The notes beneath the pieces are model-generated. The model did no database searches, was not told where the DNA came from, and saw only the letters and a program-made list of their open reading frames with translations. This document shows positions 19,501 to 29,124 of a DNA stretch of 46,729 nucleotides, in pieces (within the stretch, counting starts at the first letter, position 1; every line of letters starts with the position of its first letter). A program made the translations under genes and the position numbers. Origin of the DNA: a virus (Duplodnaviria; Caudoviricetes). The stretch is taken from IMG/VR virus record IMGVR_UViG_3300017761_003339, positions 1 to 46,729 of that record; one strand, 5' to 3'.

Positions 19501-20798
19501 CCTACCCCAGTATGTTCAATTTTCAAATTAGTTTGTGATTCGCCTAATTTAAAACGCCTAACGATTTTTGCATTAAATGCTTTACCATTAAATTCAATTA
19601 CTGCTAATTCAAAATAACTATAAATACCAGGAGTAAAGTTTTCGACTTGTAATCGAATTCCTTTAGTTGTTATTGTACCGATATCGTCTCCTGCTATACT
19701 AGAGGTCTTTACGGTTTTTGCATTGTAAATATTAATAGGATTGGTAGGATATATAAATTCTGTAGCAGAATAATCATTCATTACAAATCTACCAGAATAT
19801 CTTTTATTTCCAGAAGTCAATCTACCTAGTCCTTCAACAACTTCAATATTATCTATATAAACATTTTCTAAGCCCTTAAATAAAGCACTTTCAAAATTAA
19901 TTGTATCTAATTCATAATCACCACCTTCTGTAAACGAAAATCCGCCTGCTGTTCTTTTCAATGCTTTTTTTAATTTCATTGAACGAACAGGATTTGAATT
20001 ATCTGTCCAATAGAAGTTTATAAATTCATTGATTTCTTCAATGTCAATATCTACAATTTTAGTTTGAAAAAAAGTAAGTTTTTTGGAACGCAATAAAGTT
20101 ACATATGCGTAACCAGCACCGCTAGGATACACAACACCAATTTCACTAACTTGTGAACTACCATCGGAATTAGTCAAACTACCGGCAGAATAAACAAATA
20201 AGTCATCTCCTAATTGTTTAGATCCGATAACGCTAAAAGAACCACCTGTGGCAATATATTCAGTTTTTACTTTAATAGAACATAATTCTGCTGTAATATT
20301 TTGTACTGTCAAAACAAAATCTGTATCCAAAGCAGTGCTTAAATCAAAATAAGCACTATAAGTTCCGGTCGGCTCAAATGGATTAACACCTGGATAAGTA
20401 AAGTTTCCTCCGTATGCACTATTGGCCAAAGTATTTAAGTATCCTTTTAGAGTACTCGCATAAGTAGCTAATGTAGTAGTTGCTATATTCAAACTAGCAT
20501 TTGTGTAATAAACATTACTATTGGTCTTTAAGATTAAAGTTCCTTCGTTTGCACTAACCGCACCATTAGCAATATCTGTTACATCAAAGTATATTCTATA
20601 AACTTTACTTGTTGCAGCATAATTGACAACACTTGCAGATAAAGAATTTCCTTTCACGGGCATTACACCACCAAAGTTCTGTCCGTCTATTTGACGATGG
20701 CGAATATCATTTGCATCAATGTAATTACCTTGACTTACATAAGATACGTCAGTATCTTTATCCATTATACCACTAGGCGTAACTCTGATATTTGGCAT
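16575..20798 (-). CDS. Tail stabilization / muzzle protein (crAss-like, P22 gp10 analogue)
   Basis: 1407 aa; GIMDKD...YIDANDIR N-terminus, YWTDN.NP.R, YRFGI, FGGDVF, KRE..WY..I, RLWGKWLKV. Confidence 0.8.
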   Translation of the reverse strand: MPNIRVTPSGIMDKDTDVSYVSQGNYIDANDIRHRQIDGQNFGGVMPVKGNSLSASVVNYAATSKVYRIYFDVTDIANGAVSANEGTLILKTNSNVYYTNASLNIATTTLATYASTLKGYLNTLANSAYGGNFTYPGVNPFEPTGTYSAYFDLSTALDTDFVLTVQNITAELCSIKVKTEYIATGGSFSVIGSKQLGDDLFVYSAGSLTNSDGSSQVSEIGVVYPSGAGYAYVTLLRSKKLTFFQTKIVDIDIEEINEFINFYWTDNSNPVRSMKLKKALKRTAGGFSFTEGGDYELDTINFESALFKGLENVYIDNIEVVEGLGRLTSGNKRYSGRFVMNDYSATEFIYPTNPINIYNAKTVKTSSIAGDDIGTITTKGIRLQVENFTPGIYSYFELAVIEFNGKAFNAKIVRRFKLGESQTNLKIEHTGVGDDNIVLSVGELLALKESYASAKNLRLFDNRLVLSNISQEKEFDLRDWASSINHSVHQKYISGLGGIGSLGTKGEPAYKYGEYQDPMNVMNYIGYMFNDTYRFGIQVKWKKTNKWSAPYYLDDIRFDSSTTNVVGGRRTMLGGTITSVNVGTNTITLTNHKFQEGDEVVVTVLTGLSGVTSGKVYHATSVTTNTFQLSDTYFTSPTVVSLGTSGTGSVVIATLDINLTTSDAAYAKAYYPRFHNINLDYSDAVKTNGTRISDLISSYKIVRAERIPEVLGTGLLFRSTTGAKTTGGTWFTPLGVFNNAIVVGGGSGTQKTFFYSPDFYFGREYVYQTGDQLKISYPFDRTNMVQASGTSRASVLSKYQDFPGYFYDRNSVALSFTTFNTVNGVELNAAGEYSNVVPGENWALNTDAGSGEVFGACYGFKLSSVIPALTAPLNANEYGHYYTQIFRDLSANKKYPANTENTTYYSTGHYYILLDGDNGVKNNISVFGGDVFNQKSHLKIQSTRYNNTTTPTGQSSGWSFYSQNVLNTQMFNYVEWDGNDEEGAGYAFPQYVNPKAGGTYGQGTIGSKAIYWLEVPFEASNQNNYDDGYTPSNILFGELGYFYDNNLTDYRFPSRIVWSSKKTIGSAKNNFMIFQPTSFTDLDLAQGEISHHDIINNNFYTWQEFSFQRQYFREPSLLNGQTGSDIVIGSGSILSSSGEEISNIGTSKKTSIVVGKNPSGKQTVYWYNDRLQKIVRFGQDGTRVISDKGVMTYLLNNGKYISNEFFPLTAKGVLGVWNDKYSEAIFTIKYNDGVSNKQFTLVFDEIKNGFVGFHSYTPNIYLPYNNGFFSTNPASQKDMYLHDSGSDSTYYTVYTIPSLTAVMNYEPNISKNFEALQFVTDTQPYDVYLTTTNHVSYLDETEFEKREDLWYSPIKNDSTSSGINSGDTSRLWGKWLKVKMTFEASSGKQKLINFIVKFRAMARLYNQ

Positions 20799-21322
20799 TA
20801 TATATTTGCTAATTTTTGAGTTTGAAATTCACGCTGATAGTTCTGCATTAGAGCAACACCATAATCTTTTAAGTATTTGCGGCTAAATTTCCAACCTATG
20901 TAAGCAACTAGCATACGTTCCCAATCTTCAGGTATAACAAATACACCATCTTCATCAGTGTATAAACCATAGTACTTAACAAGAATCTTTGTGCCATCCG
21001 GTACTACATAAACTGTTGTTCCATTCATCAATGCGGAATGCTTCATAAAAATTAAAGTATCTCCTTGAATAGTGTAATCTACATCTGGACAATATTTTTC
21101 ACTTGTAGAACATAGATATACTCCAATCATTTTAGCAACATCGGCTGGTAAAATAACTTTATGATTATCTGTAGTTAGACTAACACTTTTTTCAATAAGT
21201 TTGCTCGTTGATTTATGAGTTCGAACCGCTTGGTTAATCAAAACCTCAAACCATAAAGCATTGCCCTCATAACTACAATTGAGTTCTTCACAAGCTGCCG
21301 CTATTACATCATCCATTTTCAT
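20798..21322 (-). CDS. Tail ring / tubular protein
   Basis: 174 aa, Y.I.GD.L...Y.GL.TDEDG..VIP motif; position next to the muzzle gene. Confidence 0.65.
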   Translation of the reverse strand: MKMDDVIAAACEELNCSYEGNALWFEVLINQAVRTHKSTSKLIEKSVSLTTDNHKVILPADVAKMIGVYLCSTSEKYCPDVDYTIQGDTLIFMKHSALMNGTTVYVVPDGTKILVKYYGLYTDEDGVFVIPEDWERMLVAYIGWKFSRKYLKDYGVALMQNYQREFQTQKLANI

Positions 21323-21960
21323 TATCTAGGTATTTCGGTTTGATTGGTATTGGTTATTTCTACGGGTCTTTGAGTCTTTCTCATAAGATCACCCGTAATA
21401 AGTTCTACGATTTCTCTCTTCAAGTTAGAATCAACAGGATAGTGATCAATCGTCTTATCAAAATTAGGAATGGTTGTAGGATTATTAAACATTGCACGCA
21501 CCATAACATAAGTCAAATGAGTATTATTATAAAACTGAAGCACCATTGCGTTTTGCTCCAAGTGTTTGTAGTCCCACATGATTTCTTTCTTTTTCAAAAA
21601 TAAAGAATGTCTAGTTAAAGTAGAATATCCTTTGCGGATTCTAACGAATGGCTTTAGACCATTAGCGTGACCAACATATACAAAACCATCGTTCTGGCCA
21701 TCAACAGAGATTACATTAGGGCATTCAAAACTAACAATCGCACAATTTTTATCTCGTGTTTCAAATGAAATGTCTAAAGTCTGTACCCAAGCATCATTGA
21801 TAAACTTACCAACCTTAATCATATACTGACCAATTAGAGTGGCTCTAGCATTATGTATTTTGGTTTCTAGGTACTCATCATCAAATCGGGAATCATTATA
21901 CCCCATACCGCTATTTAAGTCGCTACGAATCTCCTCTACTATTTCTGATAAAAAAATCAT
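21322..21960 (-). CDS. Tail ring / adaptor protein
   Basis: 212 aa, LSEIVEEIR...I...RA.LI, F.NP...YP motifs typical of crAss-like ring proteins. Confidence 0.65.
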   Translation of the reverse strand: MIFLSEIVEEIRSDLNSGMGYNDSRFDDEYLETKIHNARATLIGQYMIKVGKFINDAWVQTLDISFETRDKNCAIVSFECPNVISVDGQNDGFVYVGHANGLKPFVRIRKGYSTLTRHSLFLKKKEIMWDYKHLEQNAMVLQFYNNTHLTYVMVRAMFNNPTTIPNFDKTIDHYPVDSNLKREIVELITGDLMRKTQRPVEITNTNQTEIPR

Positions 21961-22751
21961 TATGGGTTTTCAATTATATCTTGTTGAGCCATTTGTCGAG
22001 TCATTGGGTCTTTTGTCTGAGTCCCAAAATTCAACACACATTCGTCCATTAAACGATATAGAAATTTACTAACGTAAAAATCTTCCAAAGTAGTAGTTGT
22101 ATTTGCTACGTCAATCACCAAGGGTGCTGTACGAATATAATCTACGCTTATTGTAACCAAATCAGTAGAAGGAGAAATTTTAAAAGACTTAGGGGTACTA
22201 GTTCCATCAGTCTGTGGCTCAAAACGAGGCGTGATGATAGTTGCCTTGTGAAAGGGACTTCCCTTACGATCAGACTGCATCTGTTTTACGTTTCGAACCA
22301 AAACTCTTCTGTATGTACCAGTAGTCAAACCTCCGGTTCCCAAATCAAAGGTATCGCCTTTTACTTTGGTTACAAGGTATGAAGTTGAACTAAACTTAAC
22401 TGTGTCCCCCTTTCGCAAGGTATGATTGGCAGCAGTTAGAGTAGTTCCGCTTACAGCAGTAACTGTGAATGATTGCTCATAATTTGCCGTCATATACATA
22501 ATATGCATATAGTTAGGCAGAAGAGTACTAATCTTAACTACTCCAGCAACGGGGGTAACGCTCTGAGCCTTAACCAAGAATGGTATCATCTCATCGGCAT
22601 CAACTTCTAAAGATTCTTTACGCCAATACTTATTTATTAAACGCTGCGTACTCTCTGTAATTAAAGCATTGGCCTTTGCGTTATCTAAGTAAGCAGAATA
22701 CGCCTTGTCTATCTTTTGCTGAAGATATGTCCAAAATTGTGCACCTGTCAT
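21960..22751 (-). CDS. Head-tail connector ring protein
   Basis: Start MTGAQF after a promoter element; KIDK, LPNYMH, DYIR.P motifs. Confidence 0.65.
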   Translation of the reverse strand: MTGAQFWTYLQQKIDKAYSAYLDNAKANALITESTQRLINKYWRKESLEVDADEMIPFLVKAQSVTPVAGVVKISTLLPNYMHIMYMTANYEQSFTVTAVSGTTLTAANHTLRKGDTVKFSSTSYLVTKVKGDTFDLGTGGLTTGTYRRVLVRNVKQMQSDRKGSPFHKATIITPRFEPQTDGTSTPKSFKISPSTDLVTISVDYIRTAPLVIDVANTTTTLEDFYVSKFLYRLMDECVLNFGTQTKDPMTRQMAQQDIIENP

Positions 22752-22756
22752 TATAT

Positions 22757-22764
22757 CAAAGATA
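22757..22764 (-). promoter_or_regulatory. Bacteroidota -7 element (TATCTTTG)
   Basis: TAnnTTTG 5 nt before the ATG at 22751. Confidence 0.65.
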
Positions 22765-22776
22765 CAAAAAAACAAA

Positions 22777-22808
22777 GAAAGAAAAAAGGGGACATTTCTG
22801 CCCCCTCT
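22777..22808 (-). terminator. Intrinsic terminator
   Basis: AGGGGGCA-GAAA-TGTCCCCT followed by a T run on the minus strand. Confidence 0.75.
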
Positions 22809-22835
22809 TAGAATTTATTCTACACTCATCAAAAA

Positions 22836-23684
22836 TTAAATCTTACCAGCCTTTTTCTTATTGGCAGCAGATAGAACAGGGATTAAATCTTTTAACTCTT
22901 CTGGTAATTCCAATACAACTGAACCAATGGTTTCCATTTGAGATAACTCATCTTTTTCCATACGATCAACTTCTGGTTTGATGTAGTTTTCAAACATATC
23001 TGTATCAGCAAGAATTGTTGCAACAACAGCATCGATAGTTGTTCCTGCGTTTCGACCTGCAATTTTATATACAGGACCATCTTTTTCAATCAATCTATAA
23101 GCAATTGCTTTATTGGCATATACCGTGGCAATTCTTTCATTAGCACGAATAGACAAATAGTTTTTAACATAGTCCTTACGAGCTATCGCTATACCATTGA
23201 GGGTAAGACCTACCAAGTGCAAATATACTTCCATAGGTGACATATCTCGTGGGTTAGAACCTAAAGCAAAAGCCAAGTTCATTTGCTCTGCATAGTTCAT
23301 ATTAGAAACTTGTCCGATACATTCCAAACGCTCAACCAACTCATTAAATTCATTTTGAATTCTTTCTTCTTTGATTTCAAATTTAAATTGTTGCGCAATC
23401 AAGTTTGGATTGGTATAACCATCTGTAAATACCAAAGGGTGATTTTTCCAAAACTGAATTACTGATTTTTCTTGAAAGTCTTCATTATCAAGATTTAAAG
23501 TTAAAGGAAAACCTTCTTCAAAAGTGTATTGATATACACGATCTGTTTCCTCTAAAGTTGTAACAACTTTTTTACCTGACATCATCAGATACATTTCCTT
23601 GTCTGTTTTTTTGTCACGATACGAACCGACAATGCTCACATTGCCTTTCGTTCTTTGTGGAATTAATAATGCTTTGATTCTCAT
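22836..23684 (-). CDS. Conserved hypothetical protein of the head/tail module
   Basis: 282-aa ORF with its own promoter element and terminator. Confidence 0.6.
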   Translation of the reverse strand: MRIKALLIPQRTKGNVSIVGSYRDKKTDKEMYLMMSGKKVVTTLEETDRVYQYTFEEGFPLTLNLDNEDFQEKSVIQFWKNHPLVFTDGYTNPNLIAQQFKFEIKEERIQNEFNELVERLECIGQVSNMNYAEQMNLAFALGSNPRDMSPMEVYLHLVGLTLNGIAIARKDYVKNYLSIRANERIATVYANKAIAYRLIEKDGPVYKIAGRNAGTTIDAVVATILADTDMFENYIKPEVDRMEKDELSQMETIGSVVLELPEELKDLIPVLSAANKKKAGKI

Positions 23685-23695
23685 AATAGTTTTTA

Positions 23696-23703
23696 CAAAT
23701 ATA
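23696..23703 (-). promoter_or_regulatory. Bacteroidota -7 element (TATATTTG)
   Basis: TAnnTTTG 11 nt before the ATG at 23684. Confidence 0.55.
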
Positions 23704-23728
23704 AATTATTGTAATGGGATAAACAAAT

Positions 23729-23760
23729 AAAAAAAAGAGGGAGATTATTAGTCCCCCTCT
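23729..23760 (-). terminator. Intrinsic terminator after the capsid genes
   Basis: AGAGGGGGA-loop-TCTCCCTCT followed by a T run on the minus strand. Confidence 0.8.
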
Positions 23761-23787
23761 TAATATTTTAAGCGTAATAACTAATTT

Positions 23788-24540
23788 TTACTTAGCCAAT
23801 AAAGTAGTCAAAGCAGTTGTTAACCCTGCATTGTTACCAGTAGGAACTAAATAGATGTAACTCTTTTCTACACTTCCAGCACCGCTAACAACGGCTTCAC
23901 TTCCAGAATATGTTTCGAAGATAAATACACTATAGTTAGTTGCAGAAATCGGAAGACCTACAGTAGCATTGAAGTTACCAGAAGCCAACAAATCCGAACC
24001 TTTAGCTCCCAATTCTACGTTACCAGCAGTTGTAACTACTGCGGCCAACAAGGATCCTACTCCAGCACTGAAGATAGGGAAACCTGCTTTAGCAGTAATA
24101 ATCAAAGTGGCAGTACCAGATGCAGTAACACGAGTACTCCAAAAAGGATGCGCATTAATCGCAGCGATAAAAGCAGCACTAATTGTAGTTGCAGTAGCAC
24201 CAGAAGCAGCAGTAGTGTGAGTAAACACAGCCTGTACTTCGTTAGGCAAGTTATTGTTAAATGCTTGACCTTTCTCTGCACTCAAAACAACACGATAATC
24301 AGTGCTGTTTGCAGCAGTTGGAGTAATAGTAACAACACGAGCAACTTCAGCAGTGTACACTTTGTAAGATCCGTTCTTAATTCCCAATAAAGGAATTTGG
24401 AAGTTTTGCAAAGCAGCTGGAACAACAGCAAGTGTATTAGTTCCACCAATTTTCAAATACCCAGCTTTGTTTACGGCAGTACCGTCATCGGCAGTACCAG
24501 CAATGGTAGGGATACAGTAATAATTTTGTGTTTGTGACAT
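23788..24540 (-). CDS. Auxiliary capsid / decoration protein
   Basis: 250 aa, Ala/Thr-rich, directly downstream of the major capsid gene and followed by a terminator. Confidence 0.65.
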   Translation of the reverse strand: MSQTQNYYCIPTIAGTADDGTAVNKAGYLKIGGTNTLAVVPAALQNFQIPLLGIKNGSYKVYTAEVARVVTITPTAANSTDYRVVLSAEKGQAFNNNLPNEVQAVFTHTTAASGATATTISAAFIAAINAHPFWSTRVTASGTATLIITAKAGFPIFSAGVGSLLAAVVTTAGNVELGAKGSDLLASGNFNATVGLPISATNYSVFIFETYSGSEAVVSGAGSVEKSYIYLVPTGNNAGLTTALTTLLAK

Positions 24541-24551
24541 AGTTGTAAATA

Positions 24552-25898
24552 TTAGATAGCGAATTCAATCAGACCCATTTTGTCTGCAATACAATACAAA
24601 CCACAATCAGAAAGAATGTGGAAGTCAACACCATCAACATCAGAAGTACCCAAAGATACAGACTGACCGCCACTCAAGGCAGCTTTAATACTAGAAGGAT
24701 CGCTAGTCTCAAGACCAATCATACCAGGAACGTAGTTAGCAATCAACTCATCTTGGTTAAAGTGATATTTTTGAAGAGCAGCCATATTTCCAGAACCGTC
24801 AGCAGCAGGAACAGCAGTAGTATCAATAAAGTAGATAGAATTGCTCATGCGAGGCTTACCATTGATAGAAGACAATTCACCACGGAACATCTCGTCATCC
24901 AATAAGGCCCAACGTACGAATTCAATTTCCAAACCAGCGTAAGCGTACTTCATTACGTTCAAACCAGTTACAGAAGCACCACCGAAGGTGTTTGCAGTAC
25001 CAGCAAATTTAATGTAGTCACCCAAGATAGTTTGCAAACGAGCCATAGCAGAAGATCCCATCAAAGCAACCAATTTACGGCCACCTTCAGCAGAGATACG
25101 TACCATTTGCTCCAAGAAATCGTTGAATACAGACTGAGTCAACTCAGAAGTCAAAGACAAGTAAGAACCACCATTGTTGATGATAGACCAACGAAGACCA
25201 CCGGTTGTGTAATACTCACCGTAAGGACCTTGTTTGATTTGACGCTCAGAGAAAGCATATTTGTACTCCAACTGTTTAGCGAATGCTTTCAAAGTTAGAT
25301 CATCATAAGACCTCCACCAGAAATCACCATTCCACTTAACGAAAGAAGCAATACGATCTCTACGAGATTGGTGAGAACTCTCACGAGTTACAGCAGTCAA
25401 AGCGAAATCAGTATCAGGAGTGTAATTCAAAGTGCTCTTACCTGTACTAGAACGGTTAGCAGAAGCATCAAAGAAACGCTTTGCGTGTTGTCCACTCAAG
25501 AAGTGAGTACCAGCAGTTAAAGAAGTTACACTATGAGGAGCAATAGTCAAAGCATTAGCAGCAGTATCAACACTAACTACAATAGCTTGAACCAAGTTAC
25601 CATCAGCAACGATATCGCTAATACGAAATTTGCTTGCATCAGATACAGGAACCAACAACATACCGCTACCAACAGCAGTACCATTACTCACAATTTTAGA
25701 ATAAACACCCAAGTTACCCAAAGAAGAAATCTCTACTTTACTCTGAGGAGTAGAAATAGAAGAAGCCAATTTAGAAGTAAGTTGAGTCAACACGTTATAA
25801 CCATAATCTTGGCTATACACCATTGCCATTTTATTAGGCAAAGAAAGTCCCTTAAGCAATAAAGATTGACTTAATGGAAGATTTGAAATAGTTGACAT
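24552..25898 (-). CDS. Major capsid protein (HK97 fold, crAss-like)
   Basis: 448 aa, downstream of portal and scaffold; TTGGL.W.I, DF...ILSDCG motifs; codon usage of a highly expressed gene. Confidence 0.8.
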   Translation of the reverse strand: MSTISNLPLSQSLLLKGLSLPNKMAMVYSQDYGYNVLTQLTSKLASSISTPQSKVEISSLGNLGVYSKIVSNGTAVGSGMLLVPVSDASKFRISDIVADGNLVQAIVVSVDTAANALTIAPHSVTSLTAGTHFLSGQHAKRFFDASANRSSTGKSTLNYTPDTDFALTAVTRESSHQSRRDRIASFVKWNGDFWWRSYDDLTLKAFAKQLEYKYAFSERQIKQGPYGEYYTTGGLRWSIINNGGSYLSLTSELTQSVFNDFLEQMVRISAEGGRKLVALMGSSAMARLQTILGDYIKFAGTANTFGGASVTGLNVMKYAYAGLEIEFVRWALLDDEMFRGELSSINGKPRMSNSIYFIDTTAVPAADGSGNMAALQKYHFNQDELIANYVPGMIGLETSDPSSIKAALSGGQSVSLGTSDVDGVDFHILSDCGLYCIADKMGLIEFAI

Positions 25899-25926
25899 TT
25901 TTTTTCAGTTTTTTTATTTTTTCCCT

Positions 25927-26862
25927 TTAACCTGGGAACAAGGTATTAAAAGCCTCTTGTGCGGCCTCAAGTCCAGAACCAACACTACGTCCACCGCCTG
26001 TCATATTTTTACTAGGGTTACTCACTTCACGAATAACCTGTTCTTTACCCTCATTGCGTGCTTTTGTAATATTAGCTTTTACTAAATCTTTTCCATATTT
26101 TAGCCATAAGCCTATGGAATACATCTTTTCAACGTCAAATGAACCATCTGCTCTCTGAAGTGTAAATTCTTTATCTATGAAACTTTTTAAGTCCTTAGAC
26201 ATTTCGTCTGTAACTTTCATTCCATAAATTTCTTTACCTACAAGTTCTTGAGAAAAGTTAGCTAACTCTTCATTGTATTTACTCGCAATAGCCATTTCAT
26301 ATTGAGATTTCTCAGCATTGGAATTTTTCAACTGTTTCAGTTTCTCTTGATTCCTTTGTTCAAATTTCTGCTTAAATGAATCGGCCCATTGTTTCTTTGT
26401 GAAAAAAGACGCATTATCAAACTCATAAGTTGCTTGTTGTAAATCTTCTTCAGACAACTCCATAAATTCTTTTAATCCATTCTTTACAATTTGTTCGTCA
26501 TTCCACTTTGTAATATCATCAACTTTGTACTCGCTTATAAAATCTTGCAGCGTTTTACCGCTCTTTTTATATTCAAGAATTAATTTTAAATCATCGTCAA
26601 GTTCAAAAGCTGCTTCTTTTGATTCAATTACTTTTTCAGCATTTGGAATTCCTTCCTTTGCTTTACTATCTGTTTCATACCATTCTTTTTCTACAGCATT
26701 TGGCTCTACAGCCGGTTCTAGCATAGGGTTAGAATCGGTAGTCGGATCTACTATAGCAGGTTCTGCTAAAATAGGTTCTACCGCAACAGGCTCTATTGGA
26801 GCAGGAGTAATCTGATTGTTTCTCAACTCATCAGCAATTTGATTAAAGAATTCTTCTGACAT
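25927..26862 (-). CDS. Capsid scaffolding-like protein
   Basis: 311 aa, acidic N-terminus and coiled coil, between portal and major capsid. Confidence 0.65.
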   Translation of the reverse strand: MSEEFFNQIADELRNNQITPAPIEPVAVEPILAEPAIVDPTTDSNPMLEPAVEPNAVEKEWYETDSKAKEGIPNAEKVIESKEAAFELDDDLKLILEYKKSGKTLQDFISEYKVDDITKWNDEQIVKNGLKEFMELSEEDLQQATYEFDNASFFTKKQWADSFKQKFEQRNQEKLKQLKNSNAEKSQYEMAIASKYNEELANFSQELVGKEIYGMKVTDEMSKDLKSFIDKEFTLQRADGSFDVEKMYSIGLWLKYGKDLVKANITKARNEGKEQVIREVSNPSKNMTGGGRSVGSGLEAAQEAFNTLFPG

Positions 26863-26870
26863 ATATTTTA

Positions 26871-26898
26871 CAAATTTAGTATATTATATACAAATGTA
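26871..26898 (-). promoter_or_regulatory. Two tandem -7 elements (TACATTTG, TAAATTTG)
   Basis: 26891-26898 and 26871-26878, upstream of the scaffold/capsid operon. Confidence 0.6.
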
Positions 26899-26908
26899 CA
26901 ACATTTTC

Positions 26909-29110
26909 TTATTGTGGCATCATTTGTTGTTGTCCAATTGGTTGCTGTTGTTCATTTGCACCACTTTCAATACCTAATTTCATTGCATCACCAGCCACTT
27001 TTGCCTGAGCCCCTAATTCAGCACGATAATTTGATCCTTCTTCCTTCATGCCTTGCTGCTGTTGCTGCTGTTGTGCTTGTTGCTCCATTTGTGCTTGTTG
27101 CATCATCTGCATCATTGCTTGTTGTTTTTCAACATCACGTTTTTTCTTATTCATGCTGTATTGAAGTTCATTAATAAGTTCCGTATAGGTCTTTGCGGTT
27201 TCAATACGTATGTAATCAGCAATATCAATTTGTTGATTTTGCATAGCTGCTTGGGCAATAGATATGATTCGTTCACGAGCACTATCGTCCATAAAGTCTT
27301 TAACTTTGATGTATACGCCCAACTCTTCAAATTGGAATTCTTTAGTTAGTTTAAACCATTCTTTTCCACGAGTTCCTACTACCGGAATATCATTTTCACT
27401 TTCGTCCATCAAAGAAACTTTATATTGATTCAAAGCAAAAGCCAATTGTTTTTGGAAAAACTCAATAAATCCTTGATACAAATAAGTAGTACCTAAGTTA
27501 GATTGAGCAATAGTACCTGCTTGGGTTTTTGCTCCTACATAACCACTTTGTTGACCTAGAGCCACCTTTGGAATATTTACGATTTCTTCCATCAGTCTTT
27601 CTTCTTCTCTACGTAAGGAAACCAATTGTTGAATGTTTGCATCTAAAGTCATATCTACAACTTCAACCATACGAGCATCGGCACCAGAAACAAAGTCTTC
27701 TCCATTTGCAGAACCATCTGTTACGTGTATACCCATACGTTCAAAATCAGAAATTACATCTTTTGCGCTTGATGTTCCAAGTTTTTGTTTGTTAATCAGA
27801 TAAACTTTACCTTTGGCTCTGTTCATCATCTTGGTAATCTCATTGGTGATGTAATCAATACGATCTTGGTGTTGGTGCAAACGAGCAACAACAGAACGAT
27901 TCTCTCCCATAACCATATTCGGGATAAATACCTTTAATGGTAATTCAACATCTCCAGGGTTATCGTGTTTACGAACTTGATTTGTAACTTCTTCGAAATC
28001 AACTACATATTTATTTCCGATTAGAGTTCCTTTGTAAACTGTCTTGGTCCAATACTGACCTTTCCGGCCATTACGAATCTTCGAGTAGTGAGTATTACCA
28101 AACTTGTCTTTGGAATTTTCATATCCCAAATCTTTCATTCCAATCCAATAACCGGTTACACAAGCTAAGGTTGGAAGATTGTTTATATTAAAAGCCCAGT
28201 TAGTTGCGTAAGGGTGAGTAGTCAAATCCAATAACTGATACAGATTGTTCATATTAATCTGTTTAATTTCTTCTAAATCAGCAGTACTCAAAGAATCTTG
28301 ATATCTTTCTACAATATCCGTCACATTCATCCAATCTACTTTACCTACGAAACGGGCCTCAGAATTAAAATCGTCATCTTTCGCCCTATCCACAATAAGA
28401 TTATGAGGAAGGATAACATCAAAATACTGCTTACCATTTTCTATTCTATTTTCAATTCCAACACTTCCACCAAGTAGGGTATAAAGAAATGCTTGTTTTA
28501 ATTTGTTACGAGAATCATTACGCAAGAGAATGTCTTCACACAGACGCATACCAAGAACTTCTGTATATTCTTTGTAGTCGAACTCCATATAACGATACAC
28601 GTCTTCTGGTACTTCCATCTTTTCGGTTTCTTTACCCAAAGGGGCATATTCAAAACCATATTTCGCCAATGTATCAAAGATTTCTGGAGCGTCAAACATA
28701 AGTAGCGCTCTTTCTAGAATCTTCGTTCTTTTGTTTACAGCATTTTTACTATGAGACCGAACTGAAGGCTCAATGTTCTCAATCATTTTAATTGCGTTAC
28801 CAACCATGTAATCGATTAAAGAAGTCACCTTCTGTCCATTAATCCATACTGTTGGAAGGTCACATTCGTTTTGATCCTGGGTGGTGTAATAATAATCTTT
28901 GTTGTATTGTCTCCCCAAGTAGTAAGTATACATTCTTACTATCTCATCAATAGGATTTTCTAAATCGTCTTTTTTTCTAACTCTTGAAATCCTATCGTGT
29001 CTCTTATTAAAATGAGACATTATAAACTTTAAATTCTCCTTATACCAAATTTGATTTTTCTCACTTTCTGGCAAAAATTGTTTTGGTTGATTTGTTATAG
29101 TAAACGCCAT
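26909..29110 (-). CDS. Portal protein (crAss/P22-like)
   Basis: 733 aa; QP.Q.LP..EK...W N-terminus, S.VARL..HQD, Gln-rich C-terminal barrel. Confidence 0.85.
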   Translation of the reverse strand: MAFTITNQPKQFLPESEKNQIWYKENLKFIMSHFNKRHDRISRVRKKDDLENPIDEIVRMYTYYLGRQYNKDYYYTTQDQNECDLPTVWINGQKVTSLIDYMVGNAIKMIENIEPSVRSHSKNAVNKRTKILERALLMFDAPEIFDTLAKYGFEYAPLGKETEKMEVPEDVYRYMEFDYKEYTEVLGMRLCEDILLRNDSRNKLKQAFLYTLLGGSVGIENRIENGKQYFDVILPHNLIVDRAKDDDFNSEARFVGKVDWMNVTDIVERYQDSLSTADLEEIKQINMNNLYQLLDLTTHPYATNWAFNINNLPTLACVTGYWIGMKDLGYENSKDKFGNTHYSKIRNGRKGQYWTKTVYKGTLIGNKYVVDFEEVTNQVRKHDNPGDVELPLKVFIPNMVMGENRSVVARLHQHQDRIDYITNEITKMMNRAKGKVYLINKQKLGTSSAKDVISDFERMGIHVTDGSANGEDFVSGADARMVEVVDMTLDANIQQLVSLRREEERLMEEIVNIPKVALGQQSGYVGAKTQAGTIAQSNLGTTYLYQGFIEFFQKQLAFALNQYKVSLMDESENDIPVVGTRGKEWFKLTKEFQFEELGVYIKVKDFMDDSARERIISIAQAAMQNQQIDIADYIRIETAKTYTELINELQYSMNKKKRDVEKQQAMMQMMQQAQMEQQAQQQQQQQGMKEEGSNYRAELGAQAKVAGDAMKLGIESGANEQQQPIGQQQMMPQ

Positions 29111-29116
29111 CTATTA

Positions 29117-29124
29117 CAAATTTA
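29117..29124 (-). promoter_or_regulatory. Bacteroidota -7 element (TAAATTTG)
   Basis: TAnnTTTG 6 nt before the portal ATG. Confidence 0.6.

Noticed and set aside
5448-28701. Many short plus-strand ORFs within the structural module
   Set aside because: They lie antisense to long genes with recognisable motifs and have no start context or motifs of their own
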